DNA from: a virus
Taxonomy: Duplodnaviria > Caudoviricetes
Virus record (IMG/VR): IMGVR_UViG_3300044846_000114
Coordinates: 1-34,313 of that record
Direction: 5' to 3' (one strand)
Length of the DNA: 34,313 bases
Shown piece after piece: positions 32,823-34,313 of the stretch. The first letter of the stretch is position 1. Every line of letters begins with the position of its first letter. Both the position numbers and the translations under genes were made by a program. The notes below the pieces were generated by a model. That model saw only the letters and a program-made list of their open reading frames with translations. It was not told the origin of the DNA and searched no databases.

Positions 32823-33335
32823 CTAAGCTGTCAGTGCTGCAATGATTCCACTAGCTACCTCAGGTGCTAATGCTTTTTCACCAGAACTGAATGTCAAAGT
32901 GTAGCCGTTTCTGTCTGCCTGAGCAGTACCAGTTGCACTAGATCCAGCAGTCAGGTCTAAGCCGTTCTCCTTTCCTATTAACCAGTATTTGCCGTTCGCA
33001 TCTTCTACTACAGCCAACAAATTGTTTTTAGCTAATAACAAGATTTCATTTCTTGTATTTGCTTGCATCTTGTTTAAGACTACAGCTAACTCCTGAGCAT
33101 AGAACACAGTGCCATTTTGCACATTTGCGTTCACATTTTCAGTCAATGAACTGCTTTGCTTTACAAGCTGATATTTATAGAATACTTTGCCAGATGCTTT
33201 TGTGATAGCTGTCACTACTCCTGATGCCTCAGCTACTGCTGTCACATCACCAGCAGCAATAAACCAAACAGCTTTAATGCCGCCTATGCTATCCTTGCAA
33301 TCTAGTGTATATCCCTGTGTTAATGCACATGACAT
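32823..33335 (-). CDS. Putative major tail (tube) protein (allele 2)
   Basis: 19 of 170 residues differ from 570..1082 by manual alignment. Confidence 0.6.
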   Translation of the reverse strand: MSCALTQGYTLDCKDSIGGIKAVWFIAAGDVTAVAEASGVVTAITKASGKVFYKYQLVKQSSSLTENVNANVQNGTVFYAQELAVVLNKMQANTRNEILLLAKNNLLAVVEDANGKYWLIGKENGLDLTAGSSATGTAQADRNGYTLTFSSGEKALAPEVASGIIAALTA

Positions 33336-33396
33336 ATTTTGAATGTTTTATTTTTTTTTAAAATAGGGCAGTAAACCTAATTACTGCCCTGTATAA

Positions 33397-34313
33397 TTAT
33401 ACTGTGAACTTTACGATTTCCGCTGGGAATGCAAAGTTTACACCCATTTTGAACTCAGATACAAAACGCACTTGATCAGCTTCTTTTGCATAGAAAATTT
33501 CAAATCTTTCTTCTTCATTCAATAAGTCTGTACCAATGAATAAATTAGAAACTCTCATTGAATAGATCTTGTTTGTTCCGTTCAAACCTTGTACAGCAAT
33601 CACCTTGATAGATGTACCTGGCAATACGAACTCAGAATCAGCTTTGCCATCATATGAATAGCTGAACATGTTTGCATTCTTTAATGCAATTGTGTAAGTT
33701 CTGAAAACATCCATACCACAGAAAATTGCAGTATCATCCTTTGCTACTACCTCAGCTGGGATTGCTTTATAAACTGCATCAAATACAGCTATAACATTTG
33801 CAGCAGTGATTGCAGTTGCAGGTGTACCGAAATAAGTAGTAGTGTTTGCATCTACAATAGCACCGCCAGCAGCAGTTGCTAATTTGATCACACCATCAAA
33901 CTTGTTTAAGTTACCATTTGCAGATGCTGTATCACCTTGCCATAAACCGATTTCTAATTGACTAGCAATTTTTTCAGTTTTTCTAGTTGAATACTCCTCA
34001 GCAAATACTACTGAATCATATTGAGATCCAGCTGGTAAAGCCTTTTGCAAATATGTTCTTTCTAAATCTTTAGGACATAAAGCCTCATTTACTTTCATTT
34101 TACCTACAGTCACAGTTCTTTGTGTGAAAGTAGTAGTACCACTTGCATTGAAACCGCAAGATGATCCATCCTGAAAAAATGCGTCTGTGTCCATGATGTT
34201 AATCTTTTCGCTAGATTTAACACCTACCATCACATTGCCCTGTGATTTGATTAAGCTAGCAGTTTTGCTACCTAATACAGATGATGCTACTAAAAGGTCT
34301 TGATTTTCCTTTG
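33397..34313 (-). CDS. Major capsid protein (allele 2, 5' end cut by window edge)
   Basis: Four amino-acid differences from 1144..2094 in the 278-aa ORF call. Confidence 0.85.
   Translation of the reverse strand, partial: KENQDLLVASSVLGSKTASLIKSQGNVMVGVKSSEKINIMDTDAFFQDGSSCGFNASGTTTFTQRTVTVGKMKVNEALCPKDLERTYLQKALPAGSQYDSVVFAEEYSTRKTEKIASQLEIGLWQGDTASANGNLNKFDGVIKLATAAGGAIVDANTTTYFGTPATAITAANVIAVFDAVYKAIPAEVVAKDDTAIFCGMDVFRTYTIALKNANMFSYSYDGKADSEFVLPGTSIKVIAVQGLNGTNKIYSMRVSNLFIGTDLLNEEERFEIFYAKEADQVRFVSEFKMGVNFAFPAEIVKFTV

Larger units (their letters stand above)
32254..34313. repeat. Terminal direct repeat, copy 2 (imperfect)
   Basis: Starts tctccgaactctatatatcc as at position 1 and ends ttttcctttg as at 2060. 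Confidence 0.97.

Noticed and set aside
1-34313. Alternative genetic code suggested by abundant CTAG/TAG
   Set aside because: Genes are full length and densely packed under the standard code; TAG, TAA and TGA all serve as stops; plus-strand TAG mostly reflects CTA Leu codons.
1-34313. Integrase/att site, tRNA or rRNA genes, host flanks
   Set aside because: None recognisable; the sequence closes on itself with phage genes only. Lifestyle cannot be settled from this.

Overview
The window is essentially one complete, circularly permuted tailed-phage genome (unit length 32,253 bp; 1..2060 recurs at 32254..34313 as a diverged allele). The host is probably a Bacteroidota bacterium, judged from TTTG-N19/20-TAnnTTTG promoters and A-rich start contexts without Shine-Dalgarno sites. 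All credible genes are on the minus strand. In transcription order they are: early genes (from about 22.7 kb), ERF/SSB recombination genes, a YdaU-like replication initiator with internal iterons, VRR-NUC and a phage sigma factor, a glycosyltransferase/acyltransferase cluster, HNH/TerS/TerL, a frameshifted tail chaperone pair, tail genes and tape measure, XkdF protease, scaffold, capsid, tail tube, portal, adaptor, an S74 tail fibre, a lysis cassette and an accessory block. I recognised no integrase, DNA polymerase, methyltransferase, tRNA or CRISPR array. The most interesting signals are non-coding: a roughly 150-bp array of back-to-back unrelated operator-like palindromes after terL; one 20-bp operator in repressor position at two early promoters and in activator position before the sigma operon; a kissing-loop leader on the replication gene; 3'-UTR sequences antisense to early-gene start codons; a late-promoter motif implying leaderless mRNAs; and a CpG-poor, CTAG/GATC-rich signature that disappears in the distal tail fibre. 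Family assignments come from motif recognition by eye, not from database searches.
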